This document shows positions 9,714 to 20,973 of a stretch of 64,000 nucleotides of DNA, piece after piece. The stretch lies in IMG/VR virus record IMGVR_UViG_3300042905_004067, one strand, 5' to 3'. Positions within the stretch are counted from its first letter, which is position 1, and the number at the start of each line of letters is the position of its first letter. The notes beneath the pieces were generated by a model that was not told the DNA's origin, did not search any database, and saw nothing but the letters and a program-made list of their open reading frames with translations. Source of the stretch: a virus. Made by a program: the position numbers and the translations under genes.

Positions 9714-11132
9714 TTAAACACCAGTTGTAGTACAAAGAGCACAGTCTTGACCGTTTGTGTTTTCTGCTATTGATTCTTCACAGGTAGAACCAGTTCCTAT
9801 ATTTGGTGATAAATATGTGTTTGAGTACAAATCAGTAAAACTTCCAATTTTTACTTTTGAAAACGGGACAGTATCTGAAGACTCTTCAATTGGAACATTT
9901 GAACCATTTAAATCAATCCTGACATTATCTGCCCAGTCAGGCCACCAATGTTGTGGATAATAACCAGTAACTCCAGTTGGATCACAGTCATTAGTACAAC
10001 AGTAACAGAAATAACCATTTGGTGTGACACAATTAGGACTAACAAATCCAATAGTGACTAAATTGTCTTCTGTTCTGTCTGGAGAAAATAGCAAATAATG
10101 AGAAATAACTGGTTGTTCTGTTGAACCAGTTGACACTGGATCTGTATCTTCATCATTTACTTCATCTGGTCCTGCGTCTTCTTCTTCCAAAGGAACATAC
10201 TGTTCAAAGAAACCCAACATTCCAGCAGGGTGTGCTCCTGCTAAAATTGTAGATTTATACGTTTCTGCCTCCTGAACATCCGCGCTAGATGTCAGTAAAT
10301 ATGAGTGTTCTTGCCAAAAATAATCATCAGGCAAAACCGCTTCATTTAGAGCAGCACCAAACAAATTTGGTCTTATAGAAGCATCATAACCACCTAATGG
10401 GGATTGTGTAGCAGTTGGATTTCTTACATCAAAATCTTGTGGTAAATCTATTATTGTGTTATTTGTAACGTCCCATTGAAAATCAATATATTTCCCACCA
10501 TTTAATCTCATTAAATATTTTTTTGGATATTGAAATTGAACATTTGTTATATTAAATAATGTTTTCAAAATATATCGATATGAGTCTTCCGTTCCTTTGG
10601 TTATTAAGAAATTACTTTTTAATGATTTTAGAAAAGATCTGACATATTGCCTGTCTGTTGGGGTTATATCAGAAAGATTTATGAATGGAGCATATGTTTT
10701 GACGTAGTTATTTAAAAATGCGTCTGGTACTCGTTCAATATCTAAAAGTTCTTCAATATCATATGGAGTTAATTGAATTTCTTCTTTTTTAAATCCACAA
10801 TAAATCCAGTTGTAATATTCCTTTAAAAATAAAGTAAAATAATTATTAGAATCGGATGCACCGTAATTTTGTTTCATCCAAAACGGTATTTGTCCATCAA
10901 TAAAGGAAGGTGCTTCGCAATAAATGTCTTGTATTGGGTTTGTTGCATTTTCTATTACTACTAGATCTTTAAGATATAACGACGATGACGCCCCAGAATT
11001 TGAGACTGGTTGAAGTGATTGTTCAAATTCTCGTTCAATTTGTGATACAAAATTCCTAAAACTTAAAGCCTGAGAAGCAACTGCAATTGGGGGCTCTGTT
11101 TGAGGTTTCTTTAATAGAGTTATAATACTCAT
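9714..11132 (-). CDS. gp7: Baseplate wedge gp7-like
   Basis: KGTEDSYRYILKTLF, DDYFWQEHSY, HPAGMLGF motifs; synteny. Confidence 0.7.
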   Translation of the reverse strand: MSIITLLKKPQTEPPIAVASQALSFRNFVSQIEREFEQSLQPVSNSGASSSLYLKDLVVIENATNPIQDIYCEAPSFIDGQIPFWMKQNYGASDSNNYFTLFLKEYYNWIYCGFKKEEIQLTPYDIEELLDIERVPDAFLNNYVKTYAPFINLSDITPTDRQYVRSFLKSLKSNFLITKGTEDSYRYILKTLFNITNVQFQYPKKYLMRLNGGKYIDFQWDVTNNTIIDLPQDFDVRNPTATQSPLGGYDASIRPNLFGAALNEAVLPDDYFWQEHSYLLTSSADVQEAETYKSTILAGAHPAGMLGFFEQYVPLEEEDAGPDEVNDEDTDPVSTGSTEQPVISHYLLFSPDRTEDNLVTIGFVSPNCVTPNGYFCYCCTNDCDPTGVTGYYPQHWWPDWADNVRIDLNGSNVPIEESSDTVPFSKVKIGSFTDLYSNTYLSPNIGTGSTCEESIAENTNGQDCALCTTTGV

Positions 11133-12871
11133 ACTCTTTGAACCTGTGTTGTTATATTTGGACGAAGGTATACTTCATCTTTGGCTGTTATTTGATTGGT
11201 ATTATATGGCGCAGCAAGAATTTCAAACGACGAATTAGATAAATTTGGACTTAAAGTAACAACTCCAGTTTTATAGTTTATATCACCAACTGTTGCATTT
11301 ATTGCAAGAGTTACAACACCTTCTTGATTAACTGAGTATAGTTTTAATTTTCCAATTTCTGGTGGATTTTCGCTGTTTTGAAATAAAATAGGAACATCTC
11401 TTATTTGAACCTGGCTCTGTGAATAACTTGTAGAAGTAAAAAGAGAAGAAACTAAACTATAACCATTTTGTGTTGCTTGTGTTGGTGTTCTAAGTCTATT
11501 TTTAAAATTTAATGTTTTGATTCTTGTGCTAGGAGAAACCGTATATTGCAACGTTACGTTACTAAATGAATCTAAATTAAATCCTTCATATTGTTCAACA
11601 ATTTCTCTTGTATCTGACAGGGTTAATGATGTCGAATATGCTCCTACTGGATATTTGTTCAGTATTTCTTGTTTAATCAACGCAACAGCAACATCTGGTT
11701 GAACTGTGGCACTGTCGTTATAAGAAATGTTTGCGGTTAGATTTAAACGAAGAGAAACCGGATTTACATATTCTGGCAAAACTGTCACAACAGATCTTTC
11801 TTTGAGTTTAGTAACAACGTCACGAATGATGCTATTATCACTTGTGTTTATTCCACTTATCGAAAACAATAATCTTCCATAAATTGGGGGTGAATTGTCT
11901 TCTCCTCCCCAGACATACGCATTTGGATAACCAAGTTGAGCAAGATAACCTTTGTAATCTGATTTTGTTACTAACCTTTGTTGGGCTGCAAATATAAGAG
12001 GAGCCACAGTTTTTGCTTCTTCTAAATCGGGACTATTTAAACCACCCTGAGATGGTTGTAGTGTTCTCACAATTGAACCAGATGGTGTTATTGACGATCT
12101 AAAAGATCCACATCTATTGCCATTTGCTCCATTTGATGCCAAATATTGGATTTTGACCAAATCTCCTGCTACTAAATTTGTAGTAACAGCGGCAGTAGTT
12201 CTAAACTTTACCACAAAACCGCCGCTTGTTCTTTCTAGAGCATACAAATTATTAGTTGGTTCTATAAATTGTCCGCTGTAAGTATCAACTAAGGTCCAGT
12301 ACTTATAATCAGTATCTGTGGTTCTTTTAACACTTATTCTAATAGTGTTGATATCCATAGTTAAATCTGGTATTAGTATTTTTTGATCTGGGTAATCAAA
12401 ACCATTTCCACCGTATGTTAAAGTATTTAATGTTCCCTCATAGGCTGTAAAATAATTTGTACTATTATTTGTTACTGGTATTTGTTCTATATTCCAGAAA
12501 TTGTATTGAAGACCTTCTGGTGTTGTCCCTATTACATTTACAGTAAAAGGATCAATTATTGTTGCAGTGCTTACATTTTCTAATTTAATTCTTGCCTTTG
12601 AACTTATTCTTGTTGGAAGAACATACCCTAGTGGTTTTACTAAAGAAACAATTGATCTTTCAAGTTGTGCAGAATCAAGAAACGCCTCACCAGATATCAT
12701 GTTTGCAAAGTGAGCATAATACAATGTATTGTACGCTAACAAGTCAAGCAAAAAATTAACAGCAGATCCCTCAAAATTAAAATCTTTGACGGTATCTTGC
12801 TTTTTTAAATAATTAACCAAAGATTGTCGGATATTATCAAAATCTAGTTCTGATAAGTTTACTTGCGTCAT
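11129..12871 (-). CDS. gp6: Baseplate wedge subunit gp6
   Basis: LDFDNIRQSL..DFNFEGS..LLDLLAYNTLY..EAFLDSAQ; QQRLVTKSDY; VWGGEDN. Confidence 0.92.
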   Translation of the reverse strand: MTQVNLSELDFDNIRQSLVNYLKKQDTVKDFNFEGSAVNFLLDLLAYNTLYYAHFANMISGEAFLDSAQLERSIVSLVKPLGYVLPTRISSKARIKLENVSTATIIDPFTVNVIGTTPEGLQYNFWNIEQIPVTNNSTNYFTAYEGTLNTLTYGGNGFDYPDQKILIPDLTMDINTIRISVKRTTDTDYKYWTLVDTYSGQFIEPTNNLYALERTSGGFVVKFRTTAAVTTNLVAGDLVKIQYLASNGANGNRCGSFRSSITPSGSIVRTLQPSQGGLNSPDLEEAKTVAPLIFAAQQRLVTKSDYKGYLAQLGYPNAYVWGGEDNSPPIYGRLLFSISGINTSDNSIIRDVVTKLKERSVVTVLPEYVNPVSLRLNLTANISYNDSATVQPDVAVALIKQEILNKYPVGAYSTSLTLSDTREIVEQYEGFNLDSFSNVTLQYTVSPSTRIKTLNFKNRLRTPTQATQNGYSLVSSLFTSTSYSQSQVQIRDVPILFQNSENPPEIGKLKLYSVNQEGVVTLAINATVGDINYKTGVVTLSPNLSNSSFEILAAPYNTNQITAKDEVYLRPNITTQVQRV

Positions 12872-13260
12872 AGTTGATTTACCGTTAGTATGAGGGTTTG
12901 ACTGTTATTATTTTGCTGACTATTATTTAACTTATATTTAATATCTATAGTCAAGTCTTCTGTAGCACTATTTTCAGATGGGTATCTTATTTCTACAGAA
13001 TCTACTATAATTCTAGGTTCCAACTGATCTAAAATGTCTTTAATATCTTGAGACAAAAAAGCCATTTCAGCAGTGGTTGGTTGCTCAAACATCACATTAA
13101 CCGCATCAGTACCAAAATAATTATTAAAAGGTCTTTCTCCTTTTTTTGTTAGTACTATATTCTTAATAGACTGAACAATAGAAGAATTATTTGATACAAA
13201 TGATATATCAGAGTTGTCTACATTTTTCTTGAAGAAAATTTCTAAATCTCTGTATTTCAT
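12868..13260 (-). CDS. gp25: Baseplate wedge gp25
   Basis: QSIKNIVLTKKGERPFNNYFG..EPRI. Confidence 0.9.
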   Translation of the reverse strand: MKYRDLEIFFKKNVDNSDISFVSNNSSIVQSIKNIVLTKKGERPFNNYFGTDAVNVMFEQPTTAEMAFLSQDIKDILDQLEPRIIVDSVEIRYPSENSATEDLTIDIKYKLNNSQQNNNSQTLILTVNQL

Positions 13261-13267
13261 TGATGCC

Positions 13268-16200
13268 TTATTCAGTATTTAGCGTAAGTTTTTTTGCTTT
13301 CTTGTTTGGATCTTTGTATTCCGTATCCCGAATCAAAATTACATCCATTAAGTGCTTTGTCTTAGCAAAGTCATGTAAAATACTAGAAACTAACCATTTG
13401 CCCGAGTAGCGTTTATCTCCAAGATCTAAAGTTACTACATTACCTGGTCTGAGGGTAAGATCTCCGTTTAGTTTTACTAAAATTTTGTTTGACAGCAATT
13501 GCATCATTTGAGCGTTTCTCAATAAGGGTCTTTCTGGTGGGGTTTGCCAGAAAGTACAATAAGTTTGGGAATATCTCAAATAATCCATATAACGCTCACC
13601 GATACATGGACAATTACAATTAAGTGGGTTTTTGGGATCATTCCAAGCACATCCTAACCAATCTTCACCCAATTTCTCCTCAATCAAAGTACATTCTTTA
13701 ATTTCTTTTTCTAAATCTTTTAGTTCCTTGTAAGTTGGTTCGGAACCAGTAACTCCAACTAAAAGTCTATCAGGTCTGAGTTCTTGACATGGGCAATTAC
13801 ACAATGGATTGTCGTCTGGGCAAGGTGCATTATTTACTGGGTTTGGATTTGAACAGTTATAATCACCACATGGTCCTTCTATGTCAATTGTTTGACGAGT
13901 CATCACCACAAACTGAGCGGCAAAATTGCGATCAAAAACAGAGAATTCTTCTTCTAGTTCTGGTGAAACTAAACCATACTCTGTTTCTCCTGTATAATCA
14001 TTTTTCCAAACTAATTTTTCTAAATTATCTGCTAGTTCGTGTTTCCATATGGAGGAACCATAATAATAACCATAAAATGATGTTTCATCCTCTGGTTCTA
14101 CTCTTTCGTTTCTATTTTTTAAATAATTTTCCCCCAAAATTGTCCAAGAGGAAGTAATTCTATCACTAGTACTTGGTGGAAGTGGAGTTGTGCTTTTAAA
14201 ATAATTTACATCAATTGGAACTGGTTCATTTGCATGTATACGAATAGCTGTAGTATTTGAGAGTACAGGAATAGCGTTCATGAAGTCAGTGTCATTAAAA
14301 TCTTTAAACGCATCCACGGCGTTTAAACTTGTCCAAGAAGAAACCTCTGCATCTACATATACCTGTGTATAATTTCCGGCCGCGACCTCATATCTCGTAG
14401 TGCGATATCGCGCTTTTGGTATTTTAGTATTCCAAGAACCTCCCTCATAATAAGGAGTACTAAGATTATAATAAGATGAAGGCAGAGCAGTTCTTGCACT
14501 TATTGATCTTGGTCTAATATTTGAAAACTCATAATAAGATTGTGCCAATGATAGAGGGTTTTTTCTAGTAGTTCTTTGAATCATATCATAGTATAAAATT
14601 TCTGTTGTAGTTGTATTGATATTATTAGACGATCTCATATAAAAATTAGAAAAATCATCTTGAACTAATCTTTTATTATCGGAATCAGACGAAAAAACAT
14701 CTCCGATTGAATAACCATATGTTCTCGATTTTTGATCTAATACTTCTTGTGGTGGATAAAACCGTTTTTCATATAATGGAAAATTATCATTACTGTTATA
14801 AATCTTTGAGGCGGAATTAAACCTATTTAATGGTCTCCTAAAATAATTATCATACCCCCTCACGCCAATCGTGTATAGGCCATTATATGTTGTTGCAATA
14901 CTAGGCAAATAACCGTAAGTTGCTTCATAAGTTTCATTAGCAGGTCTCTCATAATATGATTGTGGAAAATGAGAATAACCAGTTTCTATAATATGATTGT
15001 CTTTATGATTAGTTAATGCTTTTTTACCAGTATTTAAGTTTTGTTTTTTCTTTTTTATTCGTTTAACTGCAACATCAAACCCAAAAGGATCTTGACCAAT
15101 TACAGATATATTATAGTCTACAGATTTAGTACCAAATGGACCTGGTGTTATTAAAACATTATATGGTAAATAATATTCCGAGCCTGGTGTATCATAAAAC
15201 CCTTGAGGAAAATCATACAAAGTATTAACGCCAATTGGTGTTTGAAATTCAATTCGCACAAAACTTTCTATTTCTTCTAAAATATTTTCTGTTGGTCTTA
15301 CTGGTTCTTCATTGCCTTCTATATTTACAAAATTTCTAGAATTCAAATAATCGATTGGATTAAAATCAGTAATTCTTTCTAACCCATAAGGAGCAGCAAC
15401 ACAAATTGCAGAATTAAACTGAGATAAATAAGGATTTCCTTTGTTATTACTAGCCGCCTCTACAAATTCAATTGTAAATGTATAATCGCTAAAATGGTTA
15501 TTACATGATGATGTTACATCATACCGCCTCCTAAAACTTATGGAATTATTTGTTTTATTTGTTATACTAAGATCGTCATTATATACAGAATAATAATAAA
15601 AATCATAAAAATAATCTGCGAAACCAGATTCTGAATAAGTAAGAGTTCGAATGTCATCCCACTTTTGTACTTCTAAATTTTGTATTGTTCTTTTTATAAT
15701 ATTATCTGGGGTTAATTCACTGGGATCAGTTCCAGTAGCAATACGATAATACTCATAAGTCTCTGTAAAAGAATCTTGCCTTGAATCGCAGGTAGGGGAA
15801 CCAGCAACTGGATACGATCTTTTAATGTCAACAGTCATTTTAAACAAATATTGTGCATAATAAGTAAAAACACTATAAGGATTTCTATCTAATGGTCCAC
15901 CAGAATCTGGACCACCAAAATCTTCAAATAGAGAAAAAGAAGGATTTGCATTATATCCAATATTTAAATTATATTGTGAATCATAGTGTGGGTGTTTTAT
16001 TGAAGGATCTATCGAAGAGTCATTATCATAATATATTTCATATGGATAATATGAAGTTGCTCCAACAGGAAATCCTTTAAAAGCAAAATCATTAGACTGC
16101 AATTGTTCTTCAGACAATGCTGCTATCCAATTATCTACTACTGATTTTTTTGCAAGTTTCTCATATTTACTTCCTCGTATTGGAACTCTTTTAATTGTTT

Positions 16201-18196
16201 TTATATTAAAAAGATTTAATTTAGAATTATCAGCAGTAAAACCTATTTCTTTTGATATAAAGAAGGCTTTTCTGTCTTTAAATTTTTCATAAACTTCTAA
16301 AAAGTTCTGTTTTTCCTCTGAAATAATGTTTTTTAACTTAGAAAAATAATTAGAATTTAAAATTTGTTGTCTATTGGCAATCGCCCGATCACAGTCTCTA
16401 AGGTGACGGTTATATCTTGCCTCACTTATGCTGCCCTCGCCATACGATTCAAAGAAATCACAATCAGGGTTTATTGAACATTCTGATACAAGTCTATTCC
16501 AACGTTCAATCATCATTTGTTTGATGTTTTGAATTCTAGTTATAGAGGCTTGTAAAAGATCTCTTGCAATATCTACTCTTTTTTCTTCTAAATCATAAAG
16601 ATATTTTGTTTGCAACGTAGGAGTGTCTACTAGATGAAACAAATCACCAATTGTTTTATTATAAGGATCACTATCTAGTTCATAACTTAATGTTAGACCC
16701 ATCGGAAACTGTCTTCCTAAAGTCGAACCATCTGCAATATCAAAATTAACCATATCACTGAAAGAACCAGCAGCAACAACGCCGTATTCGGGGGTAAATA
16801 CTGGTTCATTTTCAAGTTGTTCAGTGGGATCTCTATATCGTGTATCGCAACAAATACTGCAACGATATAATTTCCATTTTTCTTTTAAGTTTTTCTTATT
16901 TGCATATTCAATTTTTTTGTCTTTTATTTTTTGTTTTATTTCTTTTTGAATTATTTGGCATATTTTTCCATCTAATTCAGTTTGATCAAACATTGGTTGC
17001 CAAGTTTCAAAACCATCGCGGTTTGAAAAAGTATAACCATAATGATCCCACTCTACCGTTTTATCTCTATTGCTATAACTCGGTGAAAAATAACCAGAAA
17101 TATTGTCATTAATTACATTAGCAACTGTTGGTTTTGTATCAACACCAGTTTCTAAAAGAGGGTATTTTTCTACTTTTAACCACTTATTGTAATCTTTAAA
17201 ATAATCAAATGATATTTCTTTTACAGAATGAGATTCATTATAGTCTAGTATTTCTCTATATGGATGATCCCATTTTGGTTCAACAAGATAATACTTTGCA
17301 GAAAATGCGTTTGATTCAAGTAGTCTTAAATAATTTGATTCATTAATTATCTGTAGTTGACGAATATTTCCAGTTTTGGTTGAAACGGTCGATGCAACAT
17401 ACTTTTTATCAGTTTTTTCTTTTAGTAGAGACTCAACGCTTCTAAAATTCCAACGATCAATATCTTGCCAAAACATGTAATTACAAGCATATTGATTGCT
17501 TTCTGCTACAGAATGTTCGGCTAAAAACTGTAGAAGTTGAGTTGCTTTAACTGGTCTATTTAATTTACCCCAAGGATACAAAGATTGGTTCTGTTTATAC
17601 CAAACCCAATTATAAGTGGGTTCGATAAACATTGGTTTTTGAGTTGTTCCTTGTTGTTTATTTCCTGATTTAAAGAAATTATTATTAATTACATTTACTA
17701 AACCAAGATTATCTTCTCCATCTTTTGATGCTATTTTTGTAATAATATCAGCACCAGTAGATCCCGTCAATTCTGAAAATTCTTTATATGAAAGAAGATA
17801 ATGTTCATAAGAAATAAATTGTATTTCTAATTTGACAGAAGATATATTTACATCTTGATTTAGTTTGTTATTTTTAATCTGATCTTCTGTTGCCTTTACA
17901 TTATAAATTTTATAGCGTAAAGATTTATACGAGTTTGGAATATCTGGATTTTCTATTTTTATAACAACATCTTCAAATCCTGAAAAATTTATTTGTTCTG
18001 CTGTAGAATTTAAATCTCGTATTACTAATTTACCAACAACGGAAGCTTCAAACATTCCTTCCAATAATTCAAGTGAAACATAAGAAAGTTTTGATGCGTC
18101 TGGAAAAATTTGGTAAACTTGACCATCTTTTCCTATAATTTTTAAATCATGTATTGTTAAATTAATAAGTTCTTGTACAATTTCGCTATTTGACAT
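13268..18196 (-). CDS. Giant baseplate hub (gp27-like) with large internal insertion
   Basis: C-terminal GDLTLRPGNVVTL..YSGKWLVSSILH and N-terminal YMFWQD..WNFRSVESLL hub-like motifs; 1642 aa; between gp53 and gp25. Confidence 0.6.
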   Translation of the reverse strand: MSNSEIVQELINLTIHDLKIIGKDGQVYQIFPDASKLSYVSLELLEGMFEASVVGKLVIRDLNSTAEQINFSGFEDVVIKIENPDIPNSYKSLRYKIYNVKATEDQIKNNKLNQDVNISSVKLEIQFISYEHYLLSYKEFSELTGSTGADIITKIASKDGEDNLGLVNVINNNFFKSGNKQQGTTQKPMFIEPTYNWVWYKQNQSLYPWGKLNRPVKATQLLQFLAEHSVAESNQYACNYMFWQDIDRWNFRSVESLLKEKTDKKYVASTVSTKTGNIRQLQIINESNYLRLLESNAFSAKYYLVEPKWDHPYREILDYNESHSVKEISFDYFKDYNKWLKVEKYPLLETGVDTKPTVANVINDNISGYFSPSYSNRDKTVEWDHYGYTFSNRDGFETWQPMFDQTELDGKICQIIQKEIKQKIKDKKIEYANKKNLKEKWKLYRCSICCDTRYRDPTEQLENEPVFTPEYGVVAAGSFSDMVNFDIADGSTLGRQFPMGLTLSYELDSDPYNKTIGDLFHLVDTPTLQTKYLYDLEEKRVDIARDLLQASITRIQNIKQMMIERWNRLVSECSINPDCDFFESYGEGSISEARYNRHLRDCDRAIANRQQILNSNYFSKLKNIISEEKQNFLEVYEKFKDRKAFFISKEIGFTADNSKLNLFNIKTIKRVPIRGSKYEKLAKKSVVDNWIAALSEEQLQSNDFAFKGFPVGATSYYPYEIYYDNDSSIDPSIKHPHYDSQYNLNIGYNANPSFSLFEDFGGPDSGGPLDRNPYSVFTYYAQYLFKMTVDIKRSYPVAGSPTCDSRQDSFTETYEYYRIATGTDPSELTPDNIIKRTIQNLEVQKWDDIRTLTYSESGFADYFYDFYYYSVYNDDLSITNKTNNSISFRRRYDVTSSCNNHFSDYTFTIEFVEAASNNKGNPYLSQFNSAICVAAPYGLERITDFNPIDYLNSRNFVNIEGNEEPVRPTENILEEIESFVRIEFQTPIGVNTLYDFPQGFYDTPGSEYYLPYNVLITPGPFGTKSVDYNISVIGQDPFGFDVAVKRIKKKKQNLNTGKKALTNHKDNHIIETGYSHFPQSYYERPANETYEATYGYLPSIATTYNGLYTIGVRGYDNYFRRPLNRFNSASKIYNSNDNFPLYEKRFYPPQEVLDQKSRTYGYSIGDVFSSDSDNKRLVQDDFSNFYMRSSNNINTTTTEILYYDMIQRTTRKNPLSLAQSYYEFSNIRPRSISARTALPSSYYNLSTPYYEGGSWNTKIPKARYRTTRYEVAAGNYTQVYVDAEVSSWTSLNAVDAFKDFNDTDFMNAIPVLSNTTAIRIHANEPVPIDVNYFKSTTPLPPSTSDRITSSWTILGENYLKNRNERVEPEDETSFYGYYYGSSIWKHELADNLEKLVWKNDYTGETEYGLVSPELEEEFSVFDRNFAAQFVVMTRQTIDIEGPCGDYNCSNPNPVNNAPCPDDNPLCNCPCQELRPDRLLVGVTGSEPTYKELKDLEKEIKECTLIEEKLGEDWLGCAWNDPKNPLNCNCPCIGERYMDYLRYSQTYCTFWQTPPERPLLRNAQMMQLLSNKILVKLNGDLTLRPGNVVTLDLGDKRYSGKWLVSSILHDFAKTKHLMDVILIRDTEYKDPNKKAKKLTLNTE

Positions 18197-18198
18197 AA

Positions 18199-19116
18199 TT
18201 ATGGAGTTCTAAAAAGTGAGGTTGAAGTAACAGTTGGGTCATTAAATAAAAGTTTTGCTTTATCTTCGATGAGAGGAACTATACGAGTACTAATTACATT
18301 TAATTTTACTTTATCAACATACTCGGATACAGTTTTTTGTTCATATGTTCGTACTTTAATACCAGTAACAGATAAATTATTTATTACTCTGTAAATTAAT
18401 GTTTTTTGAAAAGCAGTTTTATCTGATGGACTGCAAGTATCAACTATAATTTTACTTTCCGATAAAGTTCCGCCTTCGGCTGAAATTAGTGGATTTAAAA
18501 CTTTGCCGTTATTTGCAAAAATTTGATAAGGAGAAGAGGCGTAATTTGAATAGCCAAATAAAGTAAAGTCTGTGGATGGTGTTGTACAGAAATTTGTCAA
18601 ATTAACTTCTTCAATCTGCGAAGAATTTGTCAATCTAGACAACCGTTTTATTTTAAATGTTGAAGAAGACAGTCCGGTGGTTGGAAGATTATAATTTTCT
18701 TTCAATACGATTTGTTTATAAAAAGGATTCCAAGATTCTATAATTCCATATGAATTTTCATTTAAATAAAGTATATCATTTGGCAAAATTTCTGCGTTTT
18801 CATACACATAAAAAGTTGCTTTTCTCGAATAATTGTCTAATAACGTTCCAAGTTCTTCTTGCTGTGATGGCCAATCGCGATTTACATCATATACTTTATT
18901 TGCAAGCATCATAATCCAATAATAATCAAACGTTCCATACTTTGAAAATGATAATCGTTCTGGTCTTAAGATTTTATCAGAGTATTCTTCATAAAATAAA
19001 TCAGGATTTTGAAAAAAAGAATCCTTTATTCCAACTTTAATAAACAAATCTGGAACGGTAAATACTCCATTCGAAAAAGTATATTCCATTTTTGGTAACT
19101 GTTCAAAGTAACGCAT
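18199..19116 (-). CDS. gp53: Baseplate wedge gp53
   Basis: MRYFEQLPKMEY..RPERLSFSKYG..YYWIMMLAN..DWP. Confidence 0.88.
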   Translation of the reverse strand: MRYFEQLPKMEYTFSNGVFTVPDLFIKVGIKDSFFQNPDLFYEEYSDKILRPERLSFSKYGTFDYYWIMMLANKVYDVNRDWPSQQEELGTLLDNYSRKATFYVYENAEILPNDILYLNENSYGIIESWNPFYKQIVLKENYNLPTTGLSSSTFKIKRLSRLTNSSQIEEVNLTNFCTTPSTDFTLFGYSNYASSPYQIFANNGKVLNPLISAEGGTLSESKIIVDTCSPSDKTAFQKTLIYRVINNLSVTGIKVRTYEQKTVSEYVDKVKLNVISTRIVPLIEDKAKLLFNDPTVTSTSLFRTP

Positions 19117-19928
19117 TAAATGATGTCTCCGTATCCAGCCGCGGCCCTGCTCATTATTTTTTCTGAGTTTGTGGCATCTCTATACGCTGGTTCTATTTCT
19201 AGAAATGCTAATTGAAGATCCAATCCCATATAATAATTATTGGTTGTTAAAATAGGAGAAGATGGATCTAATCGATTAACTGTGTAATTCACCAAAAGAG
19301 ATGGTTGTATTTGGTTCGACAAAACAAATGATTTATTTGGTCCAGCGCCTGGAACAATGCTTATTTTCCACATTGCTGGAGGTGTAATTTTATTAAATGT
19401 TCTGGATTCTAGTGTCGGATACATTCTGGACTGAAATCCGTTTGCAATTGCATCAATTATATCCGCATCTTTTCCGTTTTTTGCATATAAACTGAAACCA
19501 AAGGAGTGAGCACGTTTTGCCATATTTTTAAAAGACAAATCACTAAAAGAAACGTCCTGAATAGCAGAACCATTAATTCCGCCCAAAGCACCCATTACAT
19601 CATTTGGGGAAAATCCCTTCAGTATTGGCAAATCCAACACTAATGTTGAAAGTTTACCAACTCCACCACCCGTAAATAAATCTCGAACTCCCTGAAGAGC
19701 CATATCTACATTTGATGGTTCTACGTCTTGGTAATTTGCTGTGTTTGGTGAATTATATCTCTGAAGTGGTAGTATGTAAGAACCAGAATTACCTACAAGT
19801 TTTGCTTCTACTCTTTTATCAGGTCTAGTACTAAAATCTTGTGGTTGAAAACGAACCCAAGCAGCAACTCTTCTTTGATAAGTACTACTGGAGGGATATT
19901 GTTCGTTTACTGGTATTGATGTTGGCAT
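19116..19928 (-). CDS. gp48: Baseplate tail tube cap gp48-like
   Basis: FKNMAKRAHSFGFSLYAKN..LQLAFLEIE; synteny with gp53. Confidence 0.7.
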   Translation of the reverse strand: MPTSIPVNEQYPSSSTYQRRVAAWVRFQPQDFSTRPDKRVEAKLVGNSGSYILPLQRYNSPNTANYQDVEPSNVDMALQGVRDLFTGGGVGKLSTLVLDLPILKGFSPNDVMGALGGINGSAIQDVSFSDLSFKNMAKRAHSFGFSLYAKNGKDADIIDAIANGFQSRMYPTLESRTFNKITPPAMWKISIVPGAGPNKSFVLSNQIQPSLLVNYTVNRLDPSSPILTTNNYYMGLDLQLAFLEIEPAYRDATNSEKIMSRAAAGYGDII

Positions 19929-19939
19929 ATCTATTTCCT

Positions 19940-20383
19940 ATGGCGTATAAAAGTAAATATAAACCAAAAAATCCACAAAAATACGTTGGCAACCCAAACA
20001 ACATAATATGTAGATCCTTATGGGAAAGAACCTTCTGTAAGTATTTAGACGAAAATGCCAATATTATTCGTTGGTCTAGTGAAGAACTACAAATTCCTTA
20101 TATTTCTCCAGTCGATAACCAAGTTCACATGTACTATCCTGACTTTTTATTTGAAATGAAAAAAGAAAGGGAAGTAGAAACAGTGGTTGTGGAAATAAAA
20201 CCAGAAAAACAAACAAAACAACCAATTAAAGGCAAAAAAAGTAGTAAAACATTTTTAACTGAAACTATTCAATATGAGATAAATAAGTCTAAATGGCATT
20301 CTGCTAAAAATTTTTGTGATAAAAACGGATGGAAGTTTATGGTTTTGACAGAAAACAACCTTTTTAGAGGAACCACCAAATGA
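19940..20383 (+). CDS. gp4: Head completion nuclease gp4 (TnsA-like)
   Basis: MAYKSKYKPKNPQKYVG..RSLWER..WSSEE..YYPDF..VEIKP; start moved to ATG 19940. Confidence 0.9.
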   Translation: MAYKSKYKPKNPQKYVGNPNNIICRSLWERTFCKYLDENANIIRWSSEELQIPYISPVDNQVHMYYPDFLFEMKKEREVETVVVEIKPEKQTKQPIKGKKSSKTFLTETIQYEINKSKWHSAKNFCDKNGWKFMVLTENNLFRGTTK

Positions 20384-20949
20384 GTCTTTACGAACACTCA
20401 ATCTCCACTCTTCAAAACTATATAAATTCTCAAGGTGGGATACAACTCCCAAACAGATATCATGTAACAATAAAGAGAAAAGATCAAGATCAACAAGGTG
20501 AATTTATCTGTAGTATGTCTCAACTACCATCAAGAAGAGTTAAAGCATATGCAGATATGTTATCTGGTGTTGCCTCACCAATTGGTATGCCTTATGGGGT
20601 TGAATATGTAAATAATCTCATGGAATTTGTAATTGAGGAATCTTTTGCGAGCAGAAAATACTTTGAAGATTGGATTTCTTCACTTTTTACTGATGAATTT
20701 GGACATTCTGATTCAGATTATGTAAATAGAATAAATTTTGTTGAAAATGCAACCGGAGAGATAAAGATAGAAGCATTATCTGTTCAGAATAGAGGAAATT
20801 CACCAAAAGTAAATGCTAGATACAAATTGTATGAATGTTTTCCTTTAGAATTAATACCAACTAAATTCGATGAAACAATGATGAACTCTACAATGAAATT
20901 TACTGTTAATATGTTCTATTCACGTTACACATATGACATGCTTGCATAA
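20380..20949 (+). CDS. Baseplate tail tube initiator gp54-like
   Basis: GGIQLPNRY..RKYFEDW..YKLYECFP tube-fold motifs. Confidence 0.65.
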   Translation: MSLYEHSISTLQNYINSQGGIQLPNRYHVTIKRKDQDQQGEFICSMSQLPSRRVKAYADMLSGVASPIGMPYGVEYVNNLMEFVIEESFASRKYFEDWISSLFTDEFGHSDSDYVNRINFVENATGEIKIEALSVQNRGNSPKVNARYKLYECFPLELIPTKFDETMMNSTMKFTVNMFYSRYTYDMLA

Positions 20950-20973
20950 CTAATAAATATTATTGAGGTAATT

